A program made the position numbers and the translations under genes. This document shows positions 1 through 9,345 of a DNA stretch of 64,000 nucleotides, in pieces; the first letter of the stretch is position 1; every line of letters starts with the position of its first letter. Origin of the DNA: an uncultured bacterium (lineage in GTDB: Bacteria; Gemmatimonadota; Gemmatimonadetes; Gemmatimonadales; Gemmatimonadaceae); contig CAXBQP010000003.1 of the NCBI GenBank assembly GCA_963978095.1, forward strand, positions 65,868-129,867, in the 5' to 3' direction. The notes beneath the pieces are model-generated. The model saw only the letters and a list, made by a program, of their open reading frames with translations, was not told where the DNA came from and did not search any database.

Positions 1-87
1 GCGGGGATTCCGTTTCCGGCGTTGTGTGAGCGGATCGTGCAGTTGGCGTTGCGGGGACGGACCTTGGCGCCGACCGAGGGGCGGTAG
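1..87 (+). CDS. 3' end of a D-alanine--D-alanine ligase-like ATP-grasp protein (partial)
   Basis: Frame 1 reads AGIPFPALCERIVQLALRGRTLAPTEGR*, resembling the Ddl C-terminal 'AG.sf.eL...iv.lAl' helix. Only 28 codons are visible. Confidence 0.6.
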   Translation, partial: AGIPFPALCERIVQLALRGRTLAPTEGR

Positions 88-201
88 GGTTCGTGTGCGC
101 GCCGCCAGGATCTCATTATCGGGACTCACGAGTTTGTCTTCTGAAGCACGCGCGATGCTGGACGCGGTCTCGCGTCGGTTGCGCGAACCCTAGCCCATTT
201 T

Positions 202-609
202 ATGCCACAGCCTGAACTGTTGGAGACGTTCGCGAACCCTTATGCGCGTCGCGACTACGAGATTTTCATGACGTGTCCCGAGTTCACCTCGCTCTGCCCA
301 TTGGGCGGAGTGGAGAGTGATGCGGCCGAACTCGCGTTGCTGAAGGGCGGAGCTCCGGACTTTGCGACGATCAACATCACGTACGTGCCGGACAAGGTGT
401 GTCTGGAGCTGAAGTCGTTGAAACTGTATTTGTGGAGTTTCCGGAACGACGGGATTTTCTATGAGCGGGTGGTGAACCGGATTTTGGACGATTTGGTGAA
501 GGCGGCGAAGCCCCGGTCGATGACAGTGGTGGGGGATTTCAATGTCCGGGGGGGGATCAAGTCGGTGATTACGGTGGGGTACAAGAAGGGCGGCGCGAAG
601 CGGCGATGA
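202..609 (+). CDS. queF: NADPH-dependent 7-cyano-7-deazaguanine (preQ0) reductase, type I
   Basis: EFTSLCP...[20 protein letters not shown] (QueF motif), GIFYE and FNVRGGI. Confidence 0.95.
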   Translation: MPQPELLETFANPYARRDYEIFMTCPEFTSLCPLGGVESDAAELALLKGGAPDFATINITYVPDKVCLELKSLKLYLWSFRNDGIFYERVVNRILDDLVKAAKPRSMTVVGDFNVRGGIKSVITVGYKKGGAKRR

Positions 610-659
610 CCGCCGTTCCGCACCGCCCTTGATGTGCCAGCGAAAATCTTCGCGGCGCT

Positions 660-2144
660 CTACCGCACGATCCGCTCCACCCCGATCACCCTACTCGGCC
701 CAAGCGTCAGCGCCTCCACCCCTGCCCGGATCTTGGCCAGGTCGCCCACGATCAGCACGGTCACCTTGTCGGCCGGCACGTACTGCTTGGCGACGCGCTG
801 CACGTCGGCCGCCGTCACGGCGTTGATCTGACCGGGGAGGGCGCTCACGGAGGAGAGCGGGAGCCCGAACGTCCCGAGCGACACGAACTGCCCCGCGATC
901 TGTCCGTTGGTCTCGAAGCGTCCGGGGATCGCGAGCGCCTCGTAGTGCTTGGCGCGCAGGAGCTCGTCCGCGGCAACCGGAACGTCGCGCAGCGCCTTAA
1001 GCTCCTTGAAGATCTCGACCAACGAGCTGTCGGTGACGTTCGTGCGCACCGAGCTCGAGATGGCGAACGGCCCGGGCACCGGCGCCCAGCGGAAGCTGCT
1101 GCTGATGCCGTAGGTGTAACCCTTGGCCTCGCGCAGGTTCTGGTTGAGACGAGACGAGAACGACCCGCCCAGGATGGTGTTCATCACCATCAGCGCGGGA
1201 TAGTCCTTGCTGAGGCGGTCCGCGCCGGGCGCGCCAACATAAATCACGCTCTGCGCCGCACCGGGCTTGTCCACGAGGTACACCTGCACCTGGTCATTGC
1301 GCACGGCGGTGCTCGTGACGGCGGGGATCGGCAGCGCCGATCCCCTCTTCCATGCACCGAATCGCGCGTCGAGCAGCGGCCTCACTTCGGCGAGCGACAC
1401 ATCCCCGACCACGACGAACTTCGCCCGCCCTGGCACGAAGGCCCCGGTGTAGAACGCGCGCACCTTGGCGGAGTCGAGCGTGGCCACGGTAGCGCTGTCG
1501 CCGGCGACGGGGTTGTGGTACGGGTGTCCCTCGGGGAACAGCAACTGGTTGAAGGCGATCGCCGCCAGCTGCGTGGGCTGATCCTTGCGCTGCAGGATGC
1601 TGGCGAGCAGAAGGTCGCGCTGCTTCCGGACCTCCGCCGCGGCGTACGTCGGACGGAGTGCCACATCGGCCATGAGGTCGAGCGCAGGGCCAAGCGACCG
1701 CTTGGGGACGTTGAGTGAGACGCTGAAGTAGTCGCTCGACGCGCTCGCGAAAAGCGACGCGCCAAGGAACCCGAGTTCGCTCTGGAGAGCGTTGGCATCA
1801 CGCGAACCCGCGCCTTCGGTGAGGAGTCGCGCGGCGAAGGCCGCCAACCCGGGCTGCTTGGCATCGAGGCGCGAACCGCCGTCGATCACCAAGGTGATCT
1901 GTACGAGTGGCACCTCATGCTGTCCCACGAGCTGAATGCCGACGCCATTGGCAAGCGCGGCCTTCTCGACGGTGGGGAGCTTGAGCGACGGCGTCTTGCC
2001 GAGCGCCGGGACCTTGGTGCGGTCGAAGGCGTTGGCGCCGGTCGCGCCGTTGGTACCCTGGGCGCCAAGGAGCATCGGCGCGGCGATGCAGGCGGCCGCG
2101 AGCACGCACGGCATGACGCTGCGGTTCATGAACGGGCGCTTCAC
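660..2144 (-). CDS. M16 family peptidase, non-catalytic subunit, exported
   Basis: No HxxEH motif; has ILGGSFSSRLNQNLREAKGYTYG (M16 R/Y motif) and a signal peptide. Overlaps the upstream gene by ATGA. Confidence 0.9.
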   Translation of the reverse strand: MKRPFMNRSVMPCVLAAACIAAPMLLGAQGTNGATGANAFDRTKVPALGKTPSLKLPTVEKAALANGVGIQLVGQHEVPLVQITLVIDGGSRLDAKQPGLAAFAARLLTEGAGSRDANALQSELGFLGASLFASASSDYFSVSLNVPKRSLGPALDLMADVALRPTYAAAEVRKQRDLLLASILQRKDQPTQLAAIAFNQLLFPEGHPYHNPVAGDSATVATLDSAKVRAFYTGAFVPGRAKFVVVGDVSLAEVRPLLDARFGAWKRGSALPIPAVTSTAVRNDQVQVYLVDKPGAAQSVIYVGAPGADRLSKDYPALMVMNTILGGSFSSRLNQNLREAKGYTYGISSSFRWAPVPGPFAISSSVRTNVTDSSLVEIFKELKALRDVPVAADELLRAKHYEALAIPGRFETNGQIAGQFVSLGTFGLPLSSVSALPGQINAVTAADVQRVAKQYVPADKVTVLIVGDLAKIRAGVEALTLGPSRVIGVERIVR

Positions 2145-3538
2145 TGGGCCACCCCCTTCTTGGCGGCCAGCTCGAGCTTGCCCTGCGGCACGACGGAGAT
2201 CATCACACGATTGGTGAGGAGGTACTGTTTGACGACGCGTTGCACGTCGGCAGCCGTGACTCGGCGGAATCGGTCGATGTCGGACTGGAAGGAATCGGGC
2301 TTCCCTGTCTGGTAGAAGTAGGCGTTGAGCTGATCAGCCTTCCCCATGACCGATTCGATGCGGCGGAGGAAGCTTGCCTCGATGGTGTTCTTGGCCTGCT
2401 CGAGCTCGCGGGCGTTGGGGCCCTCGGCGGCGAGTTTGCGGATCTCGGCGTCGATGATGGCGCGGAGCGTGTCGAGTCCTTTTCCGGGACGAGCGGTGGC
2501 GACGATGCTGAAGTCGCCATCGAGTCGTTTGCCGTCCTGGTTCGCGAAGACGTTGGTGGCAAGCTCGTTGTTGTGCACGAGCGCCTGCGGGAGCCGGGCG
2601 GTGCGCGGACCGGCCAGCACGGCGGCCGCGATGTCGAGCGCGGCGTCATCGCCGTGCCACCCCCTCACCGTGTGCCATTCGAGATACAGGCGCGGGAGCT
2701 GTACGCGATCCTCGAGGGTGACGGCGGTGTCACGCACCACGAAGGGGGCAGGGGCGGGGCGCTCGATCTTCGGGCCGCGCGGCACAGCGGAGAAGTACTT
2801 CCGGACCAGCGCCTTCACCTCGGCGGCCTTCACATCGCCGGCGACCACGATGGTGGCATTGTTCGGCGCGTAGTACTGCCGGAAGAAGTTCTTGACGTCG
2901 TCCACCGAGGCGGCGGAGAGGTCCGCCATGGAGCCGATCACCGGCCAGGAATACGGGTGGCCGGCCGGATACATGAGCTTGGGTTCATAATCGGCGACCA
3001 AGCCGTACGGCTGGTTCTCGTACGACTGGCGTCGCTCGTTCTTCACCACGTCCCGCTGGAGGTCCACCTTGGGCTTGTCCATGGTGGGGAGGAGCCATCC
3101 CATGCGGTCGGCCTCGAGCCAGAGCATGAGCGGGAGCGCGGAGCTTGGGCCCGACTCGTAGTAGTTGGTGCGGTCCTCGGTGGTGGAGCCGTTGTTGTTG
3201 GCGCCGGCGGCCTCGAGGAGGCGGTCGAACTGCGGGTTCTCGGCGTGCTCCGAGCCCATGAACATCAGGTGCTCGAACAGGTGGGCGAATCCCGTGCGTC
3301 CCGGCTTCTCATCGCCCGAGCCGACATGGAACCAGACGTCGGTGGTGACGATCGGGGTGGAATGATCCTCATGCACGATGAGGGTCAGCCCGTTCGGGAG
3401 GGAGTCGAGGACGTAGGGGACGCTGAGCGCGCGGGCGGCGGCTTTGGGGGCCTGGGCGAGCACCGGAGAGGTGAGAGCCGATGCCAGGACGGCGACACTC
3501 GCGAGAGCGCCCGTCCGAACGTGGCGGAACACGGTCAT
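2141..3538 (-). CDS. M16 family zinc peptidase, catalytic subunit, exported
   Basis: GFAHLFEHLMF (HxxEH), NGSTTEDRTNY, VVKNERRQ and YYAPNNA. Start reset to ATG 3538 (MTVFRH, signal peptide); the longer ORF runs antisense through the tRNA. Confidence 0.93.
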   Translation of the reverse strand: MTVFRHVRTGALASVAVLASALTSPVLAQAPKAAARALSVPYVLDSLPNGLTLIVHEDHSTPIVTTDVWFHVGSGDEKPGRTGFAHLFEHLMFMGSEHAENPQFDRLLEAAGANNNGSTTEDRTNYYESGPSSALPLMLWLEADRMGWLLPTMDKPKVDLQRDVVKNERRQSYENQPYGLVADYEPKLMYPAGHPYSWPVIGSMADLSAASVDDVKNFFRQYYAPNNATIVVAGDVKAAEVKALVRKYFSAVPRGPKIERPAPAPFVVRDTAVTLEDRVQLPRLYLEWHTVRGWHGDDAALDIAAAVLAGPRTARLPQALVHNNELATNVFANQDGKRLDGDFSIVATARPGKGLDTLRAIIDAEIRKLAAEGPNARELEQAKNTIEASFLRRIESVMGKADQLNAYFYQTGKPDSFQSDIDRFRRVTAADVQRVVKQYLLTNRVMISVVPQGKLELAAKKGVAQ

Positions 3539-3627
3539 GGAATCCTGGAGAATGGGGTGCGGCACAGCGGCGACGGTACACCGCCCTCGCATAGTAAGGG
3601 AAATCGACGATGTGGTCGAGGGACGAC

Positions 3628-3656
3628 TTGGCGGGGCGCCGCTTCCTGAATATCTT
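3628..3656 (+). promoter_or_regulatory. Sigma70-type promoter for tRNA-Phe
   Basis: TTGGCG (3628-3633), 17-nt spacer, TATCTT (3651-3656), ending 10 nt before the tRNA. Confidence 0.55.
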
Positions 3657-3666
3657 TCATAGCTAC

Positions 3667-3739
<73 letters not shown>

Positions 3740-3789
3740 CTCACGACACACCCTCAGCAGCGCTTCACGACCCGAACGCACCACCGTCA

Positions 3790-3855
3790 GGATGGACGGC
3801 CCACGTCTGCGGCGTCGAAGGGGAGACGGGTACTCCGTCTCCCCTTTGTCATATC
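3790..3855 (+). repeat. 66-bp imperfect direct repeat, copy 1, containing a terminator-like hairpin
   Basis: GGATGGACGGCCCACGTCTGCGGCGTCGAAGGGGAGACGGGTACTCCGTCTCCCCTTTGTCATATC; 58/66 identical to 6526-6591. Stem AAGGGGAGACGG/CCGTCTCCCCTT. Confidence 0.9.
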
Positions 3856-3916
3856 TTAGATCAGTGGAAAAGAACATCAATTACCGTGACCGTGATCGCT
3901 CCGGCACGCTGATGCC

Positions 3917-4618
3917 GTGATGCGGATGCCCGGACTCGACGGACTCGCGCTGTTGGCGTGGCTACTGGTGTTGGCGCCGATGGCCGCGTGGCGGAGTCGG
4001 CGGGCGGTGGTCGCGGCGGCGAGCGGGCAGGGGGCACCGCTCCCAGCGCGGACGGTGGTGCTGTGGCGGACGATCGTCCTGCTCGCCGTGCTGCTCTGGG
4101 TATCAGTGGTGATCGCCGGGCGCATCGGGTTCGGGGTCTTCACCTACGGACCGATGCCGGTGGCCGGGTGGGCCCTTGGCGCGGCGGTGCTGGTCGCCTG
4201 CCTCGGCGTGCGTGCGTTCATGCGAGCGCTGACCTCCGATGCCGAACGTGCGATGGCGGCGCGTCGGGCGTGGGCACCGCAGACTGCGCGGGAGCGATGG
4301 CTCTTTGTCGGGGCGGCGGTGCTGGCGGGAATCGCCGAGGAGGCGGCCTACCGTGGCGTTGGGTGGCAGGTGCTCTCGTGGACGCTCGGCGACCGATCGA
4401 TCGTGGCCATGTGGATCCTGTCCGTGGCCTTCGCGCTGGCGCATCGAGTGCAGGGGTGGGCGGCGATGGTCGGAATCGGGGTGATGGCCGTGCTGATGCA
4501 CCTGCTGGTCTGGCGGACGGAGACGTTGCTCGTGGCGATAGCGGTCCACGTCGCGTACGACGTGCTCGTGGGGCTTGCCACGCCATGGCGATCAGCCGCG
4601 TCCCACTCGGCGGCGTGA
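3917..4618 (+). CDS. CPBP (CAAX/Abi) family intramembrane metalloprotease
   Basis: EEAAYRG, FALAH and HVAYD motifs; several hydrophobic helices. Confidence 0.88.
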   Translation: MMRMPGLDGLALLAWLLVLAPMAAWRSRRAVVAAASGQGAPLPARTVVLWRTIVLLAVLLWVSVVIAGRIGFGVFTYGPMPVAGWALGAAVLVACLGVRAFMRALTSDAERAMAARRAWAPQTARERWLFVGAAVLAGIAEEAAYRGVGWQVLSWTLGDRSIVAMWILSVAFALAHRVQGWAAMVGIGVMAVLMHLLVWRTETLLVAIAVHVAYDVLVGLATPWRSAASHSAA

Positions 4619-4657
4619 TTGCCGTATCATTCACCGAACTCCGTCCCCGCCTCGCAC

Positions 4658-5065
4658 ATGCAGATCACCGTCCGCACCTCCGTTCACGCGCCGCTCGCCG
4701 CCGTCTGGCGCGCGTATACCACCCCGGCCGACATCATCCAGTGGAACGCCGCGTCGGCGGATTGGCATACGACGGCCGCGACCGTCGACCTGCGGGTGGG
4801 GGGCACGTTCTCGTCGCGGATGGAGGCGAAGGACGGGAGTTTCGGATTCGACTTCGCCGGCACGTACACGGCGGTCGAGCCAATGCGGCTGCTCGCCTAC
4901 GCGTTCGGGGATCGGACCGCGCGGATCGAGTTCGTCGAGGCGGGCGGCGCGGTGACGGTCACGGTGAGCTTTGACGCCGAGACCGAGCATTCGGCGGAGC
5001 AGCAGGAGGCGGGGTGGCAGGCGATCCTGGACAACTTCCGGCGCCATGTGGAGGCGCTGGGGTAG
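4658..5065 (+). CDS. SRPBCC (AHSA1-like) domain protein
   Basis: VWRAYTTP.DI.QW, DLRVGG.F..RMEAKDGSFGFDF.G, GWQAILDNF. Start set at ATG 4658. Confidence 0.92.
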   Translation: MQITVRTSVHAPLAAVWRAYTTPADIIQWNAASADWHTTAATVDLRVGGTFSSRMEAKDGSFGFDFAGTYTAVEPMRLLAYAFGDRTARIEFVEAGGAVTVTVSFDAETEHSAEQQEAGWQAILDNFRRHVEALG

Positions 5066-5152
5066 CGTTCAGGGATCAAGGTCGGCTCTTGCGACCCGTG
5101 TCGAAGCGTCCAATCCAAGCGAGTGGAATCCTTCAGGCATTGCGCAAGAACA

Positions 5153-5191
5153 GAAAGGGGGGGGACGATCAGGAATCGTCCCCCCTTTTTT
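5153..5191. terminator. Bidirectional intrinsic terminator between convergent genes
   Basis: AAAG(8)ACGAT-CAGGA-ATCGT(C-run)(T-run) hairpin between the SRPBCC (+) and lectin (-) genes. Confidence 0.8.
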
Positions 5192-5228
5192 GGCGGAAGC
5201 TGATTGTGTGGTACCTGCTCGGAATGCT

Positions 5229-5870
5229 TTAGCGCTGTTGCATCACCTTGAGATTTGCGCCGTCCAAGCCGATGAGACTCCCTGAACCTGAAGATTTTGA
5301 CATCAGGTTGAGTCCTCCCGCCGCAATCAATGCAGAGCTTTCCTTATCTGTGAGCTGAATGCGGCTGCCTGGATTCGCGCTGCGAATTTTTGCGGAGAGT
5401 GCATCTCGGACCGACCGATCTTGAATTTTATTCAAGTAATCATTGGCGCTCACGGTTTTCGCACCACTCCATTGTTGATTGATTGCGCCACTGCATTTCC
5501 AGGCAAGTACGCGCACCCCCGGTCCTGAGCGATTGCCTTCCACGTCGGCGCACCAGCCCAGTTCGTTATTGAGACGACCGTTACTCAATGCCCATATCTG
5601 TGCCTTGTCGCCGGACTTGCAGCTATCCCAACGCAACTGCTGCTGGCCATCTCGGCCTGTCAGGCAGCTGCCGTTTGTCTTGACCTGACCATATCCTGTG
5701 AAACCTTGAATCGGCGCTTGCCCCTTCCAGTCTGCGGTGACCGCCCCTCCACCACTCGCGTTTAGCATGTACCCAGACGATGACGAGATGTACGGAATCT
5801 CCTGCGCCTGTACCATTCCAGCAGTCATCGCAACTACGACGAACACCATTGCTCGAGTTATCGTGCGCAT
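5229..5870 (-). CDS. Secreted ricin-B (beta-trefoil) lectin-domain protein
   Basis: Signal peptide ending VQA; CLT...C...AQIW and CADV...C....NQQW QxW subdomains. RBS AGGAG 6 nt before ATG 5870. Confidence 0.85.
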   Translation of the reverse strand: MRTITRAMVFVVVAMTAGMVQAQEIPYISSSSGYMLNASGGGAVTADWKGQAPIQGFTGYGQVKTNGSCLTGRDGQQQLRWDSCKSGDKAQIWALSNGRLNNELGWCADVEGNRSGPGVRVLAWKCSGAINQQWSGAKTVSANDYLNKIQDRSVRDALSAKIRSANPGSRIQLTDKESSALIAAGGLNLMSKSSGSGSLIGLDGANLKVMQQR

Positions 5871-5921
5871 CACTCTCTCCTAGGAAGAAGAACAGTCGAC
5901 TACGCTGGACACCATCCAAAT

Positions 5922-5979
5922 GTTCTATGCTCGAAAACGAGGTTTGTCAACATCAATGCAACCTTCTCGCGGGAAGGTT
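5922..5979 (-). promoter_or_regulatory. Sigma70-type promoter of the lectin gene with an upstream palindrome
   Basis: Minus strand TTGACA (5950-5945), 17 nt, TAGAAC (5927-5922). Inverted repeat AACCTTC-N6-GAAGGTT at 5960-5979. Confidence 0.55.
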
Positions 5980-6450
5980 CAAAGATCAGGACACGCCTGC
6001 AATCATTGTTCACGTGTCTTGCTTCTGAGCAAATGCTGGCCCGAAAAAATGTGAATGTCCTGACGTTTTCCATACTCAATGAGAGATGCGATACTCAGTC
6101 AATCGTCTCGGCGAATGCACCACTGCTACGCGTAAGATCTTATGAACGGAGGACGTACGCGGGCAATACACGTCATGTAGGCATGCAAGAGCATCGAGGT
6201 GCAGGACTACATCTCAGACTTCGGTCAATCCGACCCAGATTCCCCAGTTCAGGATCTGAGAGGGAATGAACGGGTCGCGAGTTGACGTCGTCCGCTGAGT
6301 AAAAGGCGAGACTAGAACTATTCATCCCTGAGCGTGCCGGCAAAAAAATCCGTAAGTGTATACCCGACAGGGCTTTGGTATTCTCTTCAAGCCGCCGAGA
6401 TGACATAGCAGTGGACATAAAGCCACTCCAGGACCTTGGCGAATTCTCTG

Positions 6451-6475
6451 TAAACCATTGATAAACAACAGGTTA
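6451..6475. promoter_or_regulatory. IHF-consensus site(s) at the island right end
   Basis: Reverse complement of 6451-6463 is TATCAATGGTTTA, an exact match to WATCAANNNNTTR. 6463-6475 AAACAACAGGTTA matches with one mismatch on the + strand. Confidence 0.5.
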
Positions 6476-6525
6476 CACGCCCTCTGTATTTTGGGCGTCG
6501 TATTCTGATAATCCGCCGGCCGAGT

Positions 6526-6591
6526 GGATAGACGACCCATTTCTGCGGCATCGAAGGGGAGACCGGTGATCCGTCTCCCCTTTGTCATATC
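6526..6591 (+). repeat. 66-bp imperfect direct repeat, copy 2
   Basis: GGATAGACGACCCATTTCTGCGGCATCGAAGGGGAGACCGGTGATCCGTCTCCCCTTTGTCATATC; 8 mismatches versus 3790-3855. Confidence 0.9.
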
Positions 6592-6687
6592 GCAGATTCC
6601 TTCGCCAAGAAAATCAAGTACATTGACCTTCTTGCAATGGCTGCTGGGGATTCCACCCACCCGCCGGCGCTCTTCCCCAGACCTCCG

Positions 6688-8145
6688 ATGACCAAGTTCC
6701 AGAACAAGATCCTCTTCGTCGGCTACGGCGCCGTGGCCGAATGCGCCCTGCCGATCCTCTTCAAGCACCTGCGCGTCGCGCCCGGCAACGTGACGGTCAT
6801 GGACTTCGAGGATCGCTCGGCGAAGCTCAAGCCCTTCATCGCGAAGGGGGTGCGCTGGGTGCGCGACCGCATCACCCAGAAGAACATGGGCACGCTGCTC
6901 AAGCAGCACGTGAGCGCCGGTGACGTCGTCATCGATCTCGCCTGGAACATCGACGCCTGCGAGATCCTCGACTGGTGCCACAGGCACGGCGTGCTCTACA
7001 TCAACACGTCCACCGAGCTCTGGGACCCGTATGCCGGCGGCCCCAAGCAGCATCCGACGGAGAAGACGCTCTACTGGCGTCACATGAACGTCCGGCGCAT
7101 GATGGCCAAGTGGAAGACCAAGGGCCCCACGGCGGTGCTCGAGCACGGCGCCAACCCGGGGCTCATCTCCCACTTCACCAAGCAGGGGCTGCTCGACATC
7201 GCCGCCGCCTCGCTCGCCGACAAGAAGTTCAAGGGGAAGAAAGCCGAACTCGTCGCCGAGCTCGCGCAGACGCAGGCGTGGAACCACCTCGCGCACCAAC
7301 TGGGCGTGAAGGTCATCCATTGCTCGGAGCGCGATACGCAAATCTCGAACAAGCCGAAGCAGGTCGACGAGTTCGTCAACACCTGGAGCATCGAGGGCTT
7401 CCGCGAAGAAGGGCAGACGACCGCCGAGATGGGATGGGGGACGCACGAGAAGGAGCTCCCCGCCTATGCCTTCACGCACAAGGAAGGCCCCAAGAACCAG
7501 ATCTGTCTCGCCCGCATGGGCATGGATGTCTGGGTCCGCACCTGGGTGCCGAACTACACCGTGCGCGGCATGGTGGTGCGTCACGGTGAGGCCTTCACCA
7601 TCTCCGACCACCTCACGGTGTGGGAGAAGGGGAAGCCGGTGTACCGCCCGACGGTGCACTACGCCTACTGCCCGAGCGACGCGGCGATCGCCTCGCTCAA
7701 CGAGATGCGCGGCTACGACTACAAGCTGAATGAAAATCAGCGCATCATGAACGATGAAATCATCAGCGGCTCGGACATCCTCGGCGCGCTGATCATGGGG
7801 CACCCGTACCAGAGCTGGTGGACCGGCAGCGATCTGAGCATCGAACAGTCGCGCAAGCTGGTGCCGCACCAGAACGCGACCACCATGCAGGTGGCGATCT
7901 CCGTCGTGGCCGCGACGATGTGGATGATCGAGAACCCCGAGATGGGCGTGGTCGTGCCCGATGACCTTCCGCACGAATACATCCTCGGCATCTCCAAGCC
8001 GTACCTCGGGACGTTCATCTCGACGCCGTCGGACTGGACGCCCCTCAAGCACTACACGAGTCCCTTCCCGGGCTACACCAAACCCGATTTCGATCGCAAG
8101 GATCCCTGGCAGTTCAAGAACTTCCTGATGAAGGACGGCGAATGA
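6688..8145 (+). CDS. hss: Homospermidine synthase
   Basis: Rossmann motif ILFVGYGAV; YINTSTELW, GANPGLISHF, NTWSIEGF.EEG, HGEA, RPTVHYAY and NATTMQV. Confidence 0.95.
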   Translation: MTKFQNKILFVGYGAVAECALPILFKHLRVAPGNVTVMDFEDRSAKLKPFIAKGVRWVRDRITQKNMGTLLKQHVSAGDVVIDLAWNIDACEILDWCHRHGVLYINTSTELWDPYAGGPKQHPTEKTLYWRHMNVRRMMAKWKTKGPTAVLEHGANPGLISHFTKQGLLDIAAASLADKKFKGKKAELVAELAQTQAWNHLAHQLGVKVIHCSERDTQISNKPKQVDEFVNTWSIEGFREEGQTTAEMGWGTHEKELPAYAFTHKEGPKNQICLARMGMDVWVRTWVPNYTVRGMVVRHGEAFTISDHLTVWEKGKPVYRPTVHYAYCPSDAAIASLNEMRGYDYKLNENQRIMNDEIISGSDILGALIMGHPYQSWWTGSDLSIEQSRKLVPHQNATTMQVAISVVAATMWMIENPEMGVVVPDDLPHEYILGISKPYLGTFISTPSDWTPLKHYTSPFPGYTKPDFDRKDPWQFKNFLMKDGE

Positions 8146-9281
8146 TCTCGAAGGCCCGCTTGCAGCGACTGGCCGAAGAGCACGGCACGCCGCTGCTCGT
8201 GATCGACCACGACGAACTCCGGAAGAACTACCGGATGTTTCGGCGCTACCTGCCGCGCGTGCAGCCGTATTTCGCCGTCAAAGCGGGGGCGGATTCCGCC
8301 ATCGTGCGGACGCTTTTCGAAGAAGGGGCCAGCTTCGACGTCGCGTCGATGCCCGAGTTCGACCTCGTGTATGAGCACATCAAGAAGATGCCGGCCCGCG
8401 AGCGGCAGGATTGGATCTGGAACAAGATCATCTACGCCAATCCGATCAAGCCGGTGGAGACGCTCGCCGAGCTCGACAAGTACAAACCGCTGGTGACGTT
8501 CGACAACGAGACCGAGATCGAGAAGATCGCGCGCCACGCCCCTCGCGCGGGGCTCGTCCTGCGGCTCAAGGTGTCGAATACCGGTGCGATGGTGGAGCTC
8601 TCCTCGAAGTTCGGGGCGTCACCGGGCGAAGCGGTCGACTTGATTCTTGAAGCCGATCGTCGCGGCTTGGTCGTGGAAGGGGTCAGCTTCCACGTGGGAA
8701 GCCAGACGACCAACTACCAGAACTACGTCGAGGCGTTGAACTTGACCGCGGATATCTTCGCGGAAGCCAAGTCGCGCGGCTACAGCAAGATGAATCTCGT
8801 CGACATCGGGGGAGGGTTCCCGGCACCGTACGACGAGACCGTGCGTCCGTTCCGTGAACTCGCGCGGGTCATCAACTCGGAGATCACGCGGCTCTTTCCG
8901 AAGGAGATCGAGATCCTTGCGGAACCCGGCCGTTTCTTCGTCGCCACGGCGGGGACCAGCGTCGCCAAGGTGATCGGCAAAGCGGTGCGCGACGGGAAGC
9001 CGTCGTACTACATCAACGACGGGGTGTATCACACGTACTCCGGGCAGATCTTCGATCACTGCCGATACCCGGTGAAGGCCTTCCGGCGCGGCAAGACGAA
9101 ACTGTCGGCCGTCTTCGGTCCGACCTGCGATGCGCTCGACGTGATCTCGATGGCGGACAACTTGCCGGAGCTCGCGTGCGACGATCTCGTCTACAGCGAG
9201 ATGATGGGCGCCTACACCCATGCCTCGGCGACGACCTTCAACGGGTTCTCGCCGGCGACGGTGGTGCACGTCAACCAGTAG
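8142..9281 (+). CDS. Fold-type III PLP-dependent ornithine/lysine decarboxylase
   Basis: FAVKA (PLP lysine), FDVAS, SFHVGSQ, DIGGGF, EPGRF, FGPTCD and MGAYT. ATGA overlap with hss. Confidence 0.93.
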   Translation: MISKARLQRLAEEHGTPLLVIDHDELRKNYRMFRRYLPRVQPYFAVKAGADSAIVRTLFEEGASFDVASMPEFDLVYEHIKKMPARERQDWIWNKIIYANPIKPVETLAELDKYKPLVTFDNETEIEKIARHAPRAGLVLRLKVSNTGAMVELSSKFGASPGEAVDLILEADRRGLVVEGVSFHVGSQTTNYQNYVEALNLTADIFAEAKSRGYSKMNLVDIGGGFPAPYDETVRPFRELARVINSEITRLFPKEIEILAEPGRFFVATAGTSVAKVIGKAVRDGKPSYYINDGVYHTYSGQIFDHCRYPVKAFRRGKTKLSAVFGPTCDALDVISMADNLPELACDDLVYSEMMGAYTHASATTFNGFSPATVVHVNQ

Positions 9282-9345
9282 TCGTGGTCCGGATATCCGG
9301 GACGCGGTGGCCGCGAGTCTCGGCGCCTGCTGTGCGAGCGGACGA

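Larger units (their letters stand above)
3740..6520. mobile_element. Degenerate tRNA-Phe-associated genomic island with no integrase
   Basis: Begins right after the tRNA. The 66-bp tRNA-downstream sequence is duplicated at 6526-6591. The right end has IHF-consensus sites and an 11/12 copy of the anticodon-loop sequence. The distal half is visibly more AT-rich. Confidence 0.55.

Noticed and set aside
6006..6418. Short ORFs in the AT-richer island DNA (6006-6269, 6173-6418); similarly 62756-63088
   Set aside because: No clear RBS, motif or family resemblance; treated as non-coding or decayed.
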